NCBI RefSeq assembly: GCF_964204645.1
Contig: NC_134025.1
Location: 16,157,101 to 16,221,100, forward strand
Length of the DNA: 64,000 bases
Reading direction: 5' to 3'
Source: Tubulanus polymorphus
Lineage: Eukaryota > Animalia > Nemertea
This document shows positions 12,865 through 27,598 of the stretch, piece after piece. The position numbers and the translations under genes are program-made. The first letter of the stretch is position 1. The number at the start of each line of letters is the position of its first letter. The notes below the pieces were generated by a model. The model had not been told where the DNA came from. It searched no databases and saw only the letters and a list, made by a program, of their open reading frames with translations.

Positions 12865-14803
12865 CAAGAAGGTTTTTATATACTGATTCACTAGAGGCTA
12901 GCCTAACAACAATATTTTGACTTCCGAAGCTGTTATTATTGAGTACAGGTACATAAGTGATTTATTAGCTGAGAGATCGTTTAATTTAACAGTTCAAAAA
13001 AAAAGATTCAAGGAAATGACTCAAATGTCTTATCTGTGGCAGTGCGGAGGAGGTGACCTACAAACCTCGCCGGAATTTTGTTAAGTAGTTCAAGTTGAAT
13101 CTCGGTCGATTTCTCGCCGATAAAGAGGTCATACACTGGCATTAATCGCACATTACATTACTGGTGATAACAATAATTGATATGGGTGATACTGCTTACC
13201 CATACTTACCATAATTCTAGCACTAGCAGCGATTAATATCACGAGATCACAGCGTAGAGTACCGCGCTCGCGGAAGTAAAATCGTTCACCGAATGACGTC
13301 ACTATTAGTTAGTTCTCGTTGCCGCCGCAACAAAGCGCCACGTTACGAGAAGGGTGTATAGTTCCACGAAAATATGTTTTTGAGAATGTTTTTGTCAATG
13401 AGAAACGCTTCAATCGATCAATATACTTGTTCGAATGAAAAACTTAATGTTCCGACACGAAAATTTTGTTTGAATGGAAATGATTCTGCTCGATCCAACA
13501 ATATAATTTTTTTCGAACGAAAAAGCTTTTGTTCTGGCAAAAAAATTTGTTCAAACGAAAATAATTTTGTTGCGACGAAAAAAAAAAATTTGTTCAAATG
13601 AAATGTTGTTTAAATGAAAAAAGATTTTTTCATCCGGGGTTCAGTAGTTACTTAAGTCATCTAGTGTTTACACAAGTTATATCTTTCAAAAAGTTATTTC
13701 AAATTTGAAACTACACCATTTTTCAGAAATTTTCTCCCTAATTATATATTCATAGAGGTACCTAGCCTACCATAAGTAGATGTAAACTTTTCCAATGCAC
13801 ATCCACTAGCTTTATGTATAGATTAAAACTACCGTATTTCAAATTCCTTTTTTAGATTCATGTTTTTGGTTATTTGCGTGATGATTATGAGAAAACACAA
13901 ATTTTGTGAAATTGCTCCGGAATTTGACTTTATCTATTTAAAAGGCAACACTAGTAGGTTTACATCTATCATATTGTTCATTTGAATGCTGGTTACCCTG
14001 CAGGTAACTCCTGTGCCACCATATTGTGCAGAAGTTGCCAAAATTTTCATCCTTATGCTGAATTTATTAAATCAACCCGTGTTGGCTGGGCTGCTTTGAG
14101 CAGGGGGTGGGCTGATTGGATTAGCCGTGAACTTTTTTTCTTTATGTTTGAATGTTTCTAACTTTCCTCTAGAGTTTAAAGTTACTCATTTTACCACTTA
14201 AATGCCCAATGAAGCATGTATTCACGACACTAAAGCTAAATCTGCTATAAAATTCTGTTAAGTCAAAATTCTGGAAAATTTCATGAATTTCATTTCTTTC
14301 AAAAAATTACACCCAACGACCTTCAGATCAATGTTTTGGGTTATAGTATCTATTGTGAATCTATACTAGATGGCAGTACTGCACAGGTATAAATACTATT
14401 GGTTTAACACCTCTAAAAGTAACTTAGAACACGTTGCTAAAGCCCGTTGCTATGGGCTTTGAGATTGGAGGGGTCTTGTTTGACCTCCAAAAACATGCCT
14501 TTGCCATTATCTGACCACTCCGAAAATTTTCGGAAAAATATAGTGTTCAATTACAGTACTTTTCAAAAAACTTGAAGTTTAAAGGACTACTGAACAGTAT
14601 TCCAATATGCATCATATTTTTCCACTATAATGTTGATTAAGTAACATGTATTCCATATTGATTCCTAAAAACATTTACATGAAGTTTTTTAACGAAAAAA
14701 ATAAACTTCTGTAAGATCTCTGCTGTTTTGTTTACTCTGACCACGTGTAATGAGCAGGTCACGTGAGTAAACGTCGGCGCGAGAAGTTACTTTGTAAACA
14801 AAC

Positions 14804-15913
14804 ATGGCGGATACATTTAACAACGTAAGCAACAGCGATGAAAGTTCAGAAGATCATTTGTCAGATAATAATTATATTGAAAAGGAAGACAGTGAGTCAG
14901 GCAGTGAATTATCTGTGGAGACTGTAAACGTGGCAGAACCAATTCTAGATCCATATTTATATGAGTCAGATGCATCCGACTCGGAAGAGGGCTACCGACC
15001 TGATGACAGGCCGGATAGACTGAATAGACGGAATCAAATATAAACCAAGCTGCACCATCTACATCAAGTAGAGAATACCTGTGTGAAATTACAGAATTGT
15101 CGGTCCACACAAAAAGCTTAAATCGTGCCATAAAGAAACATCCACAGACGGACAGACAGACAGACAGACATGACGACGATGCCATAGATGGGTTCGTCTG
15201 ATGACGAAACCAATCAAAAAACTATTCATAATAAGGCCAAATATTTTATTCACGGCACTCCTAAGAAAAAGTATTGTCTAACTAACCATACACTTTTATT
15301 GCAACGTGGTAGGCCTATTACTCACTGCTCACAATATGTTATTGTCATCGAACTCAACAATAGTTGTTGTAGTACGTTACTCGAGCGAGGCGTAGAATAC
15401 ATCTTTGTGTTAGCTAGTTTCTAGGGATGTTTAACTTTCAATTTGCAGACTGAACGTGGTAATTCAAAATCATTTTCTCTTTCCTAGGTGTCATTGCTCT
15501 CATTGCCAGATATTGGACACTGAGCCAGAGTGTATCTGCTGACATGAGGTTCCCGAGGTCAAAAATAAATAAGACCAGCTCAATGCAAGACCAGGAGACG
15601 ACCATTTCACTTGCATGACTGATACACCATCATTTCAGTCAGTGTGCTTGGATGTTTCGGTGCTGGAAACAGCCTGGTATGGGTTTCATTCGCAGTATGG
15701 CCGTAAAGCGTTTGAGGGACCCTTACCAGACAAATATAGGCACATTGCATAAAGACAGTGTGTTCGATGGTGCTGAGGATTCTGCAGCAAAAACAATAGA
15801 GTAATATTGCCTGCATGTATCGTGTCATGCATCAGGCACATTTCCCAAAAGAAGATGTTCTCGAAGAGGATCAGCAATTCAGAGGATTCCGTCTACCTCA
15901 ATTAGAAAACTAA
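14804..15913 (+). pseudogene. KolX / P2X7 ballast-domain-like Cys-rich protein of the Kolobok element
   Basis: Acidic exon 1 with PYLYE; exon 2 from 15488: CHCSHC...ECIC*HE...CMTDTPSFQSVCLD..VL...KYRHIA*RQCVRWC*GF...NRVILPACIVSCIR; four in-frame stops. Confidence 0.8.
15027..15220 (+). repeat. Helentron/HINE-like 3' fragment inserted in the KolX gene
   Basis: (CAGA)n microsatellite followed by a short hairpin (gttcgtc...gacgaaac) and an A-run. Confidence 0.45.
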
Positions 15914-16106
15914 AACGCAAATTTTAGTTGCAATGTATATTTTATTAATTTACAAGAATAAATGATTTGTATATATTTTGCATTAAAAAAGTTGTCAATC
16001 ATGTCATCTTGAGCCGAGTAACAATAAATTCAAATAACTACAATGATATTAACAGCAGCAAATAGTCAAGTGGTTATTTATTGTCAACCAAGTCACTTTC
16101 CAGAAC

Positions 16107-19100
16107 CTAGCGAATCACTTCATCAATAGATTCGGTGTTGACAGTCAGTTTTCGAAATCGCTTTTTAGGTTGAGTAGCGAGGACAGTTGAATTTGATTTT
16201 CCTTTTACCTTTTCGGTAACTTTCTTGAATCTTGATGTATGGTAGATTACCGCTTCATCCTTAACTACCCTTTTGCAACCCGCGATCAATGTGGCTGGTA
16301 CATTTATTTCAGAGGAATCATGCGGGCGTCTCTTTATGTTGTTAAAAACTTCTGCAAGGCATAACTTGACGTAATTTGAAAAGATTTTTTTTTTATGAAC
16401 CCAAGTAATTTTCAGTAAATAATATAACACTTTGTTAGGTTCATTCAGCCTACCATAAGTGGTTTTTGTCAGAATTTTTCTTAAAACGTGACCATCTTTA
16501 TACTTTGGATAGTCCACCTGCCATCGCTGATTACCAGTCTTCGTTTCAGCTTGAATTCGTTCAGAATTTTCGTTTCAGTGAAGTATTGCTATACAGATCC
16601 TAATGGAATTTGAAATAAAGATAGAATGATAATGTACCAGGTAGAATAATGATGTGATTTTCTAAATTCATATTTTTACATGTATTTACATACCTACTGA
16701 GCATTCCGATGTAAGAGAAATGTACCATCTTAGGGGCAAAATGATTTAAGATATTATGAAAGCATTCAATACTGCTGGTTTGTCCATAGCTAGACATATT
16801 GGATATCTGATTAACTGTCCGTGTGTTTGTTGCAAGATTCTCAAATTCAGATGCAACATTGGATCTTAAAAAATTTAAAGATCAATAAATCAAAATGAAA
16901 ACAATTATTTACACTTAATTATTTACCCGGGTAGCTATTAAATAGAGAATAGAAAAATATACCTGGATTTAACCATTTCTATTTTTTAGAATATGATGCG
17001 TGGAGACAGTTCTCATGATTATTTTGAACATGTTGTATGCATGTCAGCCATTTCTGTTTTATTGTCTCGTGGTCTCCTGATTCAGAGGATTGGGCACACC
17101 AGTACAAATGGACTTTGATATTGGGTATCCACTCTTTGATAACCTCCATGTCTTTTTGCTTTCCTAGGCGTTCGAGTTTTCTTGTGACCGCTTGACAGAT
17201 TAAATGATAAACAAAATGCAGATCTTTGTGAACAAGCCTTAAAAAACCATTTACAAAATTGTGTAACTTACGCACCTTTGACACAATGCAAGTATCATAG
17301 TAATGTGGAATTTTCCAAGTGTCGCGCGCCCATTTTCTTACGGACTAATGCATATCAGTTACGAGAGCTGTGATTTTGAATTTCTTCAGTTTTTCTGCGC
17401 ATCTTTTTAAGCCTTCTAGTTCCATCGCATTTGATGATGTCACTTCATTTGACTGAATTATACATTAAAAAAACAAAATACCTAAAAAGCGAATCCACAT
17501 TCATAAACCCTGAATAACTGTAAGGCATACTTACTTGGACTAACTCAGAAGTTATTATTTTATTGGTCTCCAGATTCATTATCGAGTATGAACAGTACTT
17601 TGCCGAGTGGCCAGGCGAGTCACAGCGTCCATCTCCTCCTATCAACAGTGGAGATGATTTGAGACTATCAAGCATACACTCGCGTTTCCTTTCCCAAACT
17701 TGTCGTATAGCGGCATGGATGTATTTCGAATGATGGTTATACACTGTTCGCGTTGAAAGGCACTGAATTTTTATGAAGCTGGATTGACAATGAATGTTTG
17801 AAATTATATATTGAAATGTAAAAAAATTTTTAAAAAGTCGATGAAAATTAAGGCACAATTTGATGACAAGCATTGGTTTCAACTTACTTAAACAACCTGA
17901 TCACCTTTTCTGTTAGGCTTCCTGACAGTAGTATTCCAACACTCAATAATATACTGGTAACGGGAATACCCTTGATGGATGGCTCACTCTTCCATGTGGT
18001 CCTGTGGTTACACAGCTTACACTGGGTTCTAACTGTCAAACACACTCTTCGAGACAAGATTTTCACCCTTACAAATACTGCAGAATTGAAATAGTATCAG
18101 CAGAGCAGACTGATAAATAATAAACTTGTTCTGACCCTGAAAATCAACGTCATCTTCATTCCTGCAAGTAAAAATACTTCTATAATTTCACAGATCTTAG
18201 TATTGATCTCTCGACAAAATCAAATGCAAATTTCTATGTCAAGATATCTAACTTGAGGGTAGGCTACATGTAATGATCATCTTACTTCATTTCTTCATAT
18301 TTCACACTTTCTTCTTGAAATTCATCATCCGATTCAGTCTCCGCGTCACACTCTGGACGATATTCTTCATCAGAATCTGTCTTGTTTGATGAGACACTGC
18401 TCTGACTAGCCTTTCTGTATCGCTTCTTGGGTCTTGTTTTGGGGGATAAAAGGGAACATTGAACCCCACGTGAGGCGCGTCTGATTTTGTAGCTGACTTT
18501 CAGTTTTGAATATTTTGGGAAATGTCGACGTTGACAAAAATACTTAGGTCTCCATTTGAGAGTTTCGATCGCTGAAAAAATATTTTTACATAATAATGAT
18601 TAAATTTGATTCAATTTCTATAATCAACAAATGAAATATAAAATTAAAAGTAGGTAGGCAAATATTTTATTCATGATTTCGAATGGATGTAATTACCTTT
18701 ACTAGATGTATTAGGTTCAGTTTGAACAGCTACAGTTTCCCACATTTTATCGAGATCGCCATCACCATCAATTTCAAAGTCAATACTTTGAGGCTCTGGT
18801 TCAGCTACACTTGGCTGAGTCGTATCATTGACCATCGCTAGCCTCCGTCTTTTTTCAAAAGCTGAACGTCCTTTTTGCATCTTCGGACTCAAGAAATCTG
18901 CTTTCTGAGGCGAATCAACAGAATTCGACACAACAGAATCACTGAGATGCAAAATTGGTACAGAATCTTTCTTTAATCGAAGACTGAAGTGATAAATGCA
19001 TCATAATAGTCAGTTGTTTCCAAACTAATTACAAGTCGCCTGATTATACACGACATTCTTAGGCCCAGGTCACTCGAAAGTGAATTGAATATGATTTGTT

Positions 19101-19372
19101 TCAAAAGCTGGAGAATCAAGGTATCAGTTTATTTTATGGGATTGATGTTTTTAATATACAAACCTATTAGCAAAACCAGCATTCAAGTAATTGTCGAAGG
19201 ACTCCGTTGTGAAATGTTTTCTACAGAGCACACTTGATGACGAAGGCTTCCATTGTGCTCGCTTTGTACTCACAAAAGCAGTCCATACTCTAGCAATATT
19301 TGGATCACGCGGCCATTTGAAAAACAAGGAATCTTGTGTACTACAATTGTAGTACACACAACGCCGTGGCAT
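16107..19372 (-). pseudogene. Kolobok THAP-DDE transposase, multi-exon, disrupted
   Basis: THAP MPRRCVYYNC...KWP...LCRKHF; GDGRCDSPGHSAKYCSY; SSNAMELEG; HLYWC; TSSIECFHNILNHFAPK; GT-AG introns; in-frame stops. Confidence 0.85.
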
Positions 19373-20646
19373 AGTTTAAAATTGTTTTAAAATCTTTTTA
19401 TAATCACTTTTTCTCCTGTTGTTATCGCTATCTGAACGAGGCTGATAATACTTCCGGGTTCTCAACATCTCGCGCTGACGTCACCACAGGGGATTACCCG
19501 AGATTGCTGAGCATCGCAACTACGTATATTTTGGTTTGCCGTAGCGAGAAAAAACCTCTTAAAAGTATTCGAAATGAAAACAAATATACCTAAGGTCATT
19601 AGATTATCATTTATTACATCTTAATGGATTGATTCAAGGGAAAAAACAAAATTGTTCAGTAGTCCTTTAAGATTTTCATCAGAAAATCAGAGAACAGGGA
19701 TTGGCTAGATGCCTGTTGATTTTCAACAACATCGGGCATCTGCTGCTTCAGATATTATTTAATCGTCAACCCTTCCAATGTCAAACACAAACCAAACTTT
19801 TACCCCCATGTCGCTATAAATAGAGTAAGGATGCTTCTACTTGTATCTGTGATTTTGTTCCTAGGGTATAAATCATTATGGATGGCTAGAGAGACCCTCT
19901 GCATCTTTTGTTATCTGTGTGCATTTGTGAACATTGTTTCGTTGTGAACATCAAACATCGCTGCAAATCTAATTACTCTGGAAAGTCACCAAGTACCCTC
20001 AATTCAACATGGAAATAATCAAACGATGATTTTAATCCAAAAAAATCTTGAAAATTTCCAAGAAAATAGAGTAATCTGCGCATGTAGAAAATCGACGGTC
20101 AACCACTCGCGCACGCTTTGTGCTTGACTCAACCAGTGGCCACGCGTGTTTCTATGAAGATATTTTTATGAATGCAGAATCAACAAAATCCTCAGATGAA
20201 ACTTTATTTTCAATGATAAATTCTAAATTGTATCTCAAAAAATGAAAAAATTACAGCCAATGCCACAAAATTACCAATTTTTTTGAGGCGCCTTCCTAAA
20301 AGTGACGTATCCTTTTTAAAACACTATCAGAAAATAGAAATTGTCAAATCTCTAAGATTCATCAGTTTAAATTTTGTGCCAAAAGATGAACTACAATTAA
20401 TCGCACTAGAGGTTTTAGTTTAAAAATTGTTAAAATCTGTCCAACAATGCAGGACCCGCGGGACCGCCTCAAAATGGTGCCTGGAAACTGGAAACTTTCC
20501 TATTGTGACCAATGATAAATCTTGGTAATATAGGTGATAATTTGTCTTTACTAACTAGTGACCTGTTTGATTTAGTTCAAAATTTGATGCTAAGACAAGC
20601 ACAGCCATTTAATCATGCTATTCTTATTTTTCCTGATGTGTATTAC

Positions 20647-20787
20647 CTGGGATGTTTCAGTTGACACATCTTCAAAGTTAAACAAAAGCGCGTCAGTTAA
20701 ACGTGTGCACCATTCATATGTTTCAATTTTACCATCACTATCTCCATCCAAATACATCATAATCACTTCAATATTTTCATCCTTAAG
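20647..20787 (-). CDS. TPC-like gene exon: EF-hand 2
   Basis: ccctttacag|LKDENIEVIMMYLDGDSDGKIETYEWCTRLTDALLFNFEDVSTETSQ|gtaata; phase 0 matches the 43499 donor; canonical EF loop DGDSDGKIETYE. Confidence 0.8.
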
Positions 20788-22594
20788 CTGTAAAGGGAAA
20801 AAATTGTTGTTAATTTCAGATGGATCACAAAGACTCAGTTCCATTATCTCAACTCAAAATTAAAGTCAACTCAAAGCTACATTTAAACCATGGAATTAAA
20901 TCAAGTTAACAAAGGGATAACTTTGTTGTAACCTTTATTCCCACTCTAGAGTCAACAATTCCAGACCAAGTTCTAAATCACTTGATCCTGCGTTTTCATA
21001 ATGAAAGGAGGGTGAACCTATTTTTTGATGTATGTGTCACACAAAATTTCCACCACAGCCCTTTAGGTGCATGAAATAGTCTATACTGTTTTATACTGAT
21101 TTTCTCGGCGTTGTCATATCGTGGAATGAAAGAATTGCAGAATTTTTTAAAAACACGGAATTTCATTATCAATGATATAGAGTTTCACTATCCACGGGGA
21201 TACCCGGTGTCGAATCGCAATTTTATCTGATTCTTTTATGATACCGTTCACTGGCTGCCAGTGGCAGTCAGAACGTAGTCGGACAAAGAGATTGGAACCA
21301 GAGCAAACACCGGTTATCGAAATTAATCGACCTTTTTGCGATCTTAGTAGATTTGAGCACGGTCGCTCTAGGTTGGGCCTTATGTAGTTTTAGATGGCTT
21401 TTATTACAGATTCTTCAATATTATAGTTTTAGCTCTTTCAGCACAAATACGCACAGCAGGTAACGGAATCCGCAAAGCATCAAATTTGGTAATCTTTTCT
21501 CCATCGTCCTCGTGTTTAGTTTGATTAAGTGTTTACAAACCAATGAAAGTTGAGAAAACTACAATGATATACTAATATAATGAATGCTCCGATTTGTTTA
21601 TTTAGATGTTAAATGATATATTTGCACCATTCTATTCAGGTTTTAGATTTGTTAAAAAAACGTTAACACACAAATGAATGAAACTTAATTGCGTTTCTAA
21701 AGTTCACATACATTAATTTAGTCTTAATACCACCTTTAAAACTAGGCAATCTGAATAAATAAATAAAACATCGTTTTTATATCTATTTTATGCTTCATTG
21801 AAGGATTTTGCTAAAACATCTTTTTTACCCAGTGTATCCATCTTCATATGTGTATTGTGTACGATCATATGTGCGTTACATCACTCGCTCTACTGTACTG
21901 TACTATTATATGAAGACCGTGTCTGTGGTAAACAGAACAACAGATAAGGCAACTTACATACAGCTGTTGGGGTATTTCACTAGGGGTGTAGATTTCGAAA
22001 ACTCATTCTAGCATCCGTTTTTCATGAGTAATTCTACCATTTTGTTATAGAAATCACAAAACCTGGTGCGAGTACATATAAATATGTATACATATAGTAT
22101 ATCAACTGGCAAAATTAGTTCATACAACTGCGTCTAGGGAAAGATGAAAACACTGTTTCTTCGTCATCCATGAAGTAATTGTACCTAAATTTGGTACTTA
22201 AGTACTTGGCACGTTGAAGCCCATGTGGCACAACAAATCCATGATATGAGGTAACCCCTAAGTGGTGCTCCTTCAATAAAGCGGTACGTTATGAACTGAT
22301 TTCGGTGAAATCTTAATCCAGCAAGGCAGAAAACTGTTACCACTGTTGCACCTTAATATAGCTGCAATCACTTCACAGAAAACCGTATTGATATTCACAT
22401 CACTGTTATTAGGGATTCTGCTGCTTTCGAAGTAAAACGATTGTAATCCTGCTGATTATCATTAGGGTTTTCTGTTTCTTGACAGAAAACCCTATTGCAT
22501 GATTATTATAATCAGTAGCAATAGGGTTTCTGCAAAAGCAGCAGAAACCCTATTGTTACTGATTATAAATATTATTATTGATATTAATTCATTA

Positions 22595-25500
22595 AGAGAT
22601 GTTTCCTTTGGCTTGGAAAATAGGGATATTAACAGTGATACATAAAAAGGGAGATAAATCTAATCCAAAAATTACAGACCTATTACGCTTCTATTACAGA
22701 CCTATTACAGACCCAGACGCTTCTAAATACTATGTCTGAAATGTTTGAAAGAGTTCAGTACGATCCAACTCTGAAACACCTATTAGCAAACAGTTTACTT
22801 TATGACAAGCAGTCAGGCTTTCTCCCCGGTCACAGCACCTCTGACCAATTGTTATCTATAATGTCATTCAATTTTGAGAAAAATATGGATGTTAGATCTA
22901 GTTACCTCGATATTTCCGCTGCTTTTGATAAAGTACTACATCATCTTTCATTGTATAAACTGAGGAAATATGGTATAGATGGTAAACTTTTTGAATTATT
23001 TCATCCAATCTTAAGAACAGAAGATTCCTAGTCAAAAGTGAAGGTATCATCTAAAACCCATCAAAAGAAAATTTTATAAATAGTTCAGTACCGCAAGGCT
23101 CAATTTTAGGACCACTTTTGTTCTTGATTTATATAAATAACCTCATTTTTTATCTATCACAAACCTTTTGGATGAACAAGCTACCCTCGACATTATTCAT
23201 AATCTCAATTCCCTAAACCTAACTGAATAATGTAATTTTCTTCTTTTTGGCAACCCAGCCTTGCTCGACTTTAACACTAATACTAAGATCATCACTCTCT
23301 CATCCAAATTCATTTGCAAAAATAGCGACCGCTTACCACTACCCTGATAGCATGTTCTCATTTTAATTTCCCCCAGCGTTTTTCTTTATTCGTTAGTTCT
23401 GTGTCACTCTGTTCATGTGTTTATGTATGTAATTATATGTTCAACCTGTCCAAATTCCCGCGTGACAGGTATCTTTCTTTTGTATCGTATGTCAGTTTGA
23501 TGTAAATAAATTGGATTATAAATTTAAACAAGAAAATCAATTTTAGAAAATTATTTGACGCCTGCGAAAAAAGATTTGGCGATTGGGTAGATGATACAGC
23601 GGGTCTTCGACTCTAGTAGTGGTTTAAATTTTTTTATTGAAAATTCTCAATAATTGATCGCGAGTCTTGAGTCTGGGTGGGTTGAAGTAGACGTTGTCAT
23701 TTAAAATAACATGCTTATGTTGTTCTGTATGAATTACCCGTGTGTCATGTATGTTGTATTAATTTATTTTAAAATTTCTATTTATTGAATTTGGGAATTT
23801 TATCCCGAAATTTCAATGTAATAAGGATCAATAAAGAATTGAATTGAATTGTCACCTAATACACATGCCATCAGAGGACGCGGAGCCGTATATGATTGCT
23901 ATGCTATTATAAATTGCTAATCTCACGAAACCTGCATACTCCTAATATCAAACATATTTTCTAAAACGTTTGAATATTGAAATTATATGTTTACACATTT
24001 TCATATTGACCGCTTGTAGCCGCTGATGAAATTCACGCCGGCCCTACACACATCGTAGATAGCTTCGTCATTCCACCGGCATGCCCACATCAGGGTCTGA
24101 CTTTTATATCGGACCTCCAAATCGTGTATACATCCGCCATTTAACCGAATAATCCGATTTACATTTCTATTTATCATTTCTATTAATCATTTCTATTTAT
24201 GCCTGCCGCTTCTGATATAATCATACATCCTTTACTATTACAATACGTCTTTTAATGATTTTCAATGCAATATAACATTTCGACGTTCAAATATAGGTCA
24301 TTATATAATCACAGGAAGCCATTCTACATCTATGTCAATAATATTTTGCCAGATAGCTTATTTGTGTACACATAGACCTGTGACGTTTTGCACATCCATT
24401 TACGGCTGTCGTTTGTAAAATGACGCTGAATGGTTAACATTGTTTAGGTTTCATAATGGTAACGTTTTATAAGGCGTCAAAAAAAAAATGTCCGGATCAA
24501 CTTAACATCAATGCATTCATATATGCTGATGATACATCTCTCTATATTCCCATCAACCGAGGAAATAAAGTACTTCAAGATGACCTTGATCAACTAGAAA
24601 ATTGGACCTCATTATGGTGTCTAGAATTCAATGCTAGTTAAAGCTGTGATGTTATTTTTACTAAAAGAGGTAATAAACTTTATAATCCTCTGTATATAAG
24701 TAACAATCCCATACCAACAGTAACTAAGCATAAGCATTTGGGCTTAGTTTTGGATAACAACCTGAGTTTTGATCAACATGTTCACTACCTGTATGAAAAA
24801 GTCTTAAAATGTTTACACTCTTTAAAGTCATTGTCATTTCGGCTCAAATCACTACATCTACTGTAAAAACTGGTGTATAAGTCTACGCGGCGTATAAGTC
24901 GAGGTCGATCTTTAGACCTACATTTCATGATTTTAGCATATATCCGGCTTATAAGTCGAGTCCCTTCTCTTAGAAGAATAATTACTATATTGAATAGTTA
25001 GTTTTGATAACGATGTGCGCCTTCACGCAAGCCGCCACGCGTCAGCCTGATTGCTGCTGTGCGTTAATCAATAGACTGTTACACACACACTCAGGTATAA
25101 TACACTATTATACAGTGATAGAGTAGTGTGAGTCACAGGCTATATATAGCCTAATGTATTAAGCGCTGCTATAAGCGCGCATATATGAATACATCGTTTT
25201 AAATGAAGCTATGTCAAAATGAAAGAAGTTTTTTTCATTAAATAACTTTATTTATCATGAATAATTATTCAAACTATCATAGCAGTAAGAAGATGAACAC
25301 TGTCTTTTTGTCTGGTAGAATCAATATTCCTTGTGACCTGAAAATACTTAGTAGAAAACTGTACTCGGCGTATAAGTCGAGGTCAATAATTTAGTGGTAA
25401 AATCAAGGGTTAAAAACTCGACTTATACGCCGGTTTTTACGGTAAGTTCTATATATACCTCTTTTGTGTATCCACATTATGAAAACTGTGACATCCTTTA

Positions 25501-26100
25501 TAATAATGCCTCAAGTCTCGTTAGAAAGGCTTCACTATAAAGCTGCACTGTTGGTATCGGGTTGTTTACACAGTTCAAACACTGCTAAAGTATTAGATAT
25601 ATTAAATTGGCAAACTTTAGCTGCCAGACGACACGACCGTCTTCAAATGTATATGTTTAAAGTGTCATGTGGTAAATCACCCCAATATGTTTTATCACTG
25701 TTTCATAAATTTACTTATAACCCAGAAAAGGTCCTAAGATCCCAACACCCATTTCGCATCCCAATTCCCTTATTGGGTAAATTCTATAATTCTCCCTTGA
25801 TGAAATTAATTCATTCCTGGAATATTACTAGTCCAAATATAAGAAATCTACCCACATTTTCTCAATTCAAATCAAAAGTTTTGCATAGTAAGACAAGTTT
25901 GTCCCATATATCTACTTTTATGTTACCAAACTTAAGTATTAAGTATTGAAGAGATCTACCTTAACTAAATCCGTGTCGATGTATTTCTTAGAGGTCAATT
26001 ATATCGTCATAACTTCACTGATGTAGTCTCTCCGTAATGCATTGAATGTAATGTTATTCTCAGTACTAAACACTCTCTCTTACAGTACCAGCAACCTGCC
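22595..26100 (+). mobile_element. Fragmented non-LTR (LINE, CR1/L2-like) reverse transcriptase, interrupted by later insertions
   Basis: WK...HKKGDKSNP, QSGFLPGHST, LDISAAFDKV, VPQGSILGPLLFLIYIN (~23085-23140), YADDT (~24520), KHLGL, then C-terminal region resuming at 25445. Confidence 0.8.
24861..25442. mobile_element. pogo/Tc1-mariner-type MITE
   Basis: TIR C(T/C)GTAAAAAC(T/C)GG(T/C)GTATAAGTC, TA on both sides; removing it rejoins the LINE reading frame. Confidence 0.82.
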
Positions 26101-27598
26101 CATTTATACAAAATTATCGAGCGCTATACAGACTTAAATCGAAATATAGCTGCCAAGCAGCGATGACGGGTTTTCTGCAAAGCCATTCAGAAAGATGGGA
26201 ACTGTAGTAAATTGAAATATCGATACATAGAATAAAATGCATTGACAGATTCGAACCTAATATGCTACCACTGTGTAAATATTAGGCTGTGTCAAATATG
26301 ATTCAGCTTTGAAACCGAACATACGCGGACGTACAATCAACAAATATTAATTTATTTGACCAGGCATTTATTTTGGCATTCAAACATCATGATACTGTAT
26401 TATCACCATGCTTAAAAATGGATCTGTCCTATTAAGAACTCATCTTAAGCACCTGCTGAGTCGATAGATTGAGTGAATTTACAGATAAGAACGTATTATG
26501 ATTTAGAAAAGATTTAAGAAGTTAATGTTTTTATTGAAATATTTGAATAAATACATATATTGTAGTGTAGATTCAATCAATAAAGTATGAATTGATCTGG
26601 TCTGGGTTTCCGGCTGATGTTGATTTTGGCTTTTATGGATTACAAATTCTATAGTGATAAACAATTGATACCTGCAACATGTGTGTAAATCAAACCTATT
26701 CCACTAGTTGCGTGTGTTTCCTAATAAACGGGAGAGTCACTCTTGATCTGAGTTATTAGAAAAATAATGTTCATTTAGTTATAGAAATTCATTGCCTTTT
26801 TGGAAATTCTGTAATAATATTTCTTCTGTCTTAATTTTTATTACTTTATGAACCAATGATATGCTTTGTAAATATGATGTAATAAAATAAATTTGAATTT
26901 GAATTAAATTTGAACATGAGAATCAAGCATAACTTGTGTTTTTTCAACTTGTCTTTTGTTAACAGTTCCAGAGTTTCAATGACAATCAAATCCAAATTGG
27001 CTAAAAAGTACATAGGACTTAATGAAATGAACCGTTAGTTACTGCAAACCTATTCCAGTGTTATGTTGATCGTGTTGAATCACTTTCCTTGAGTTGAAAG
27101 AATCAGATCTTCTATGGTGCAACATCAATCGAAGAGAGATATCTAGGTGTTGACTGTCCTTGACTATCTAACTGCATGCGTTTGACATTGGAATCAGCAT
27201 CATACCCATTTGAACTGCAAAATATTCATACATGAAAACCTACAGAACATGTATACAGTAATCAAACTTTCACCGATGTAGGATATTTGAATGAACGTTG
27301 GGCTTATTTCAGTATTCTAAAGTAGGAAATAATAAGCCCAATCAATAGGCCCTATTCCCATTGGAACAATTGTATGTATAATGCGTACAGCTGTACTGTA
27401 CACTTATCAGTCAAGAATGGAGAAATCGGTATACCAAACCTACGAACAGCAAAATGTACAGGCCTACAATGATTTCTGGTATACAAGCCGTGACCACATT
27501 GACTATTAAGGTCAGCAGGTCAGAGAAGGCCTGGCCAAATTTAATCACATGGCTCAAATCAATTAGCCTTTCAGCGTGTGAATACTTCAGTGTATTGT

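Larger units (their letters stand above)
7924..13357. mobile_element. ISL2EU-type (PIF/Harbinger-related) DNA transposon with internal deletion
   Basis: Imperfect TIR ACACGACTCTCGTAA / TTACGAGAAGGGTGT, AT dinucleotide on both sides, convergent YqaJ-type and THAP-transposase genes. Confidence 0.8.
14583..19666. mobile_element. Kolobok DNA transposon, full length, decayed
   Basis: TTAA at 14579-14582 and 19667-19670; perfect 14-bp TIR AGGACTACTGAACA; convergent transposase and KolX genes. Confidence 0.88.
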
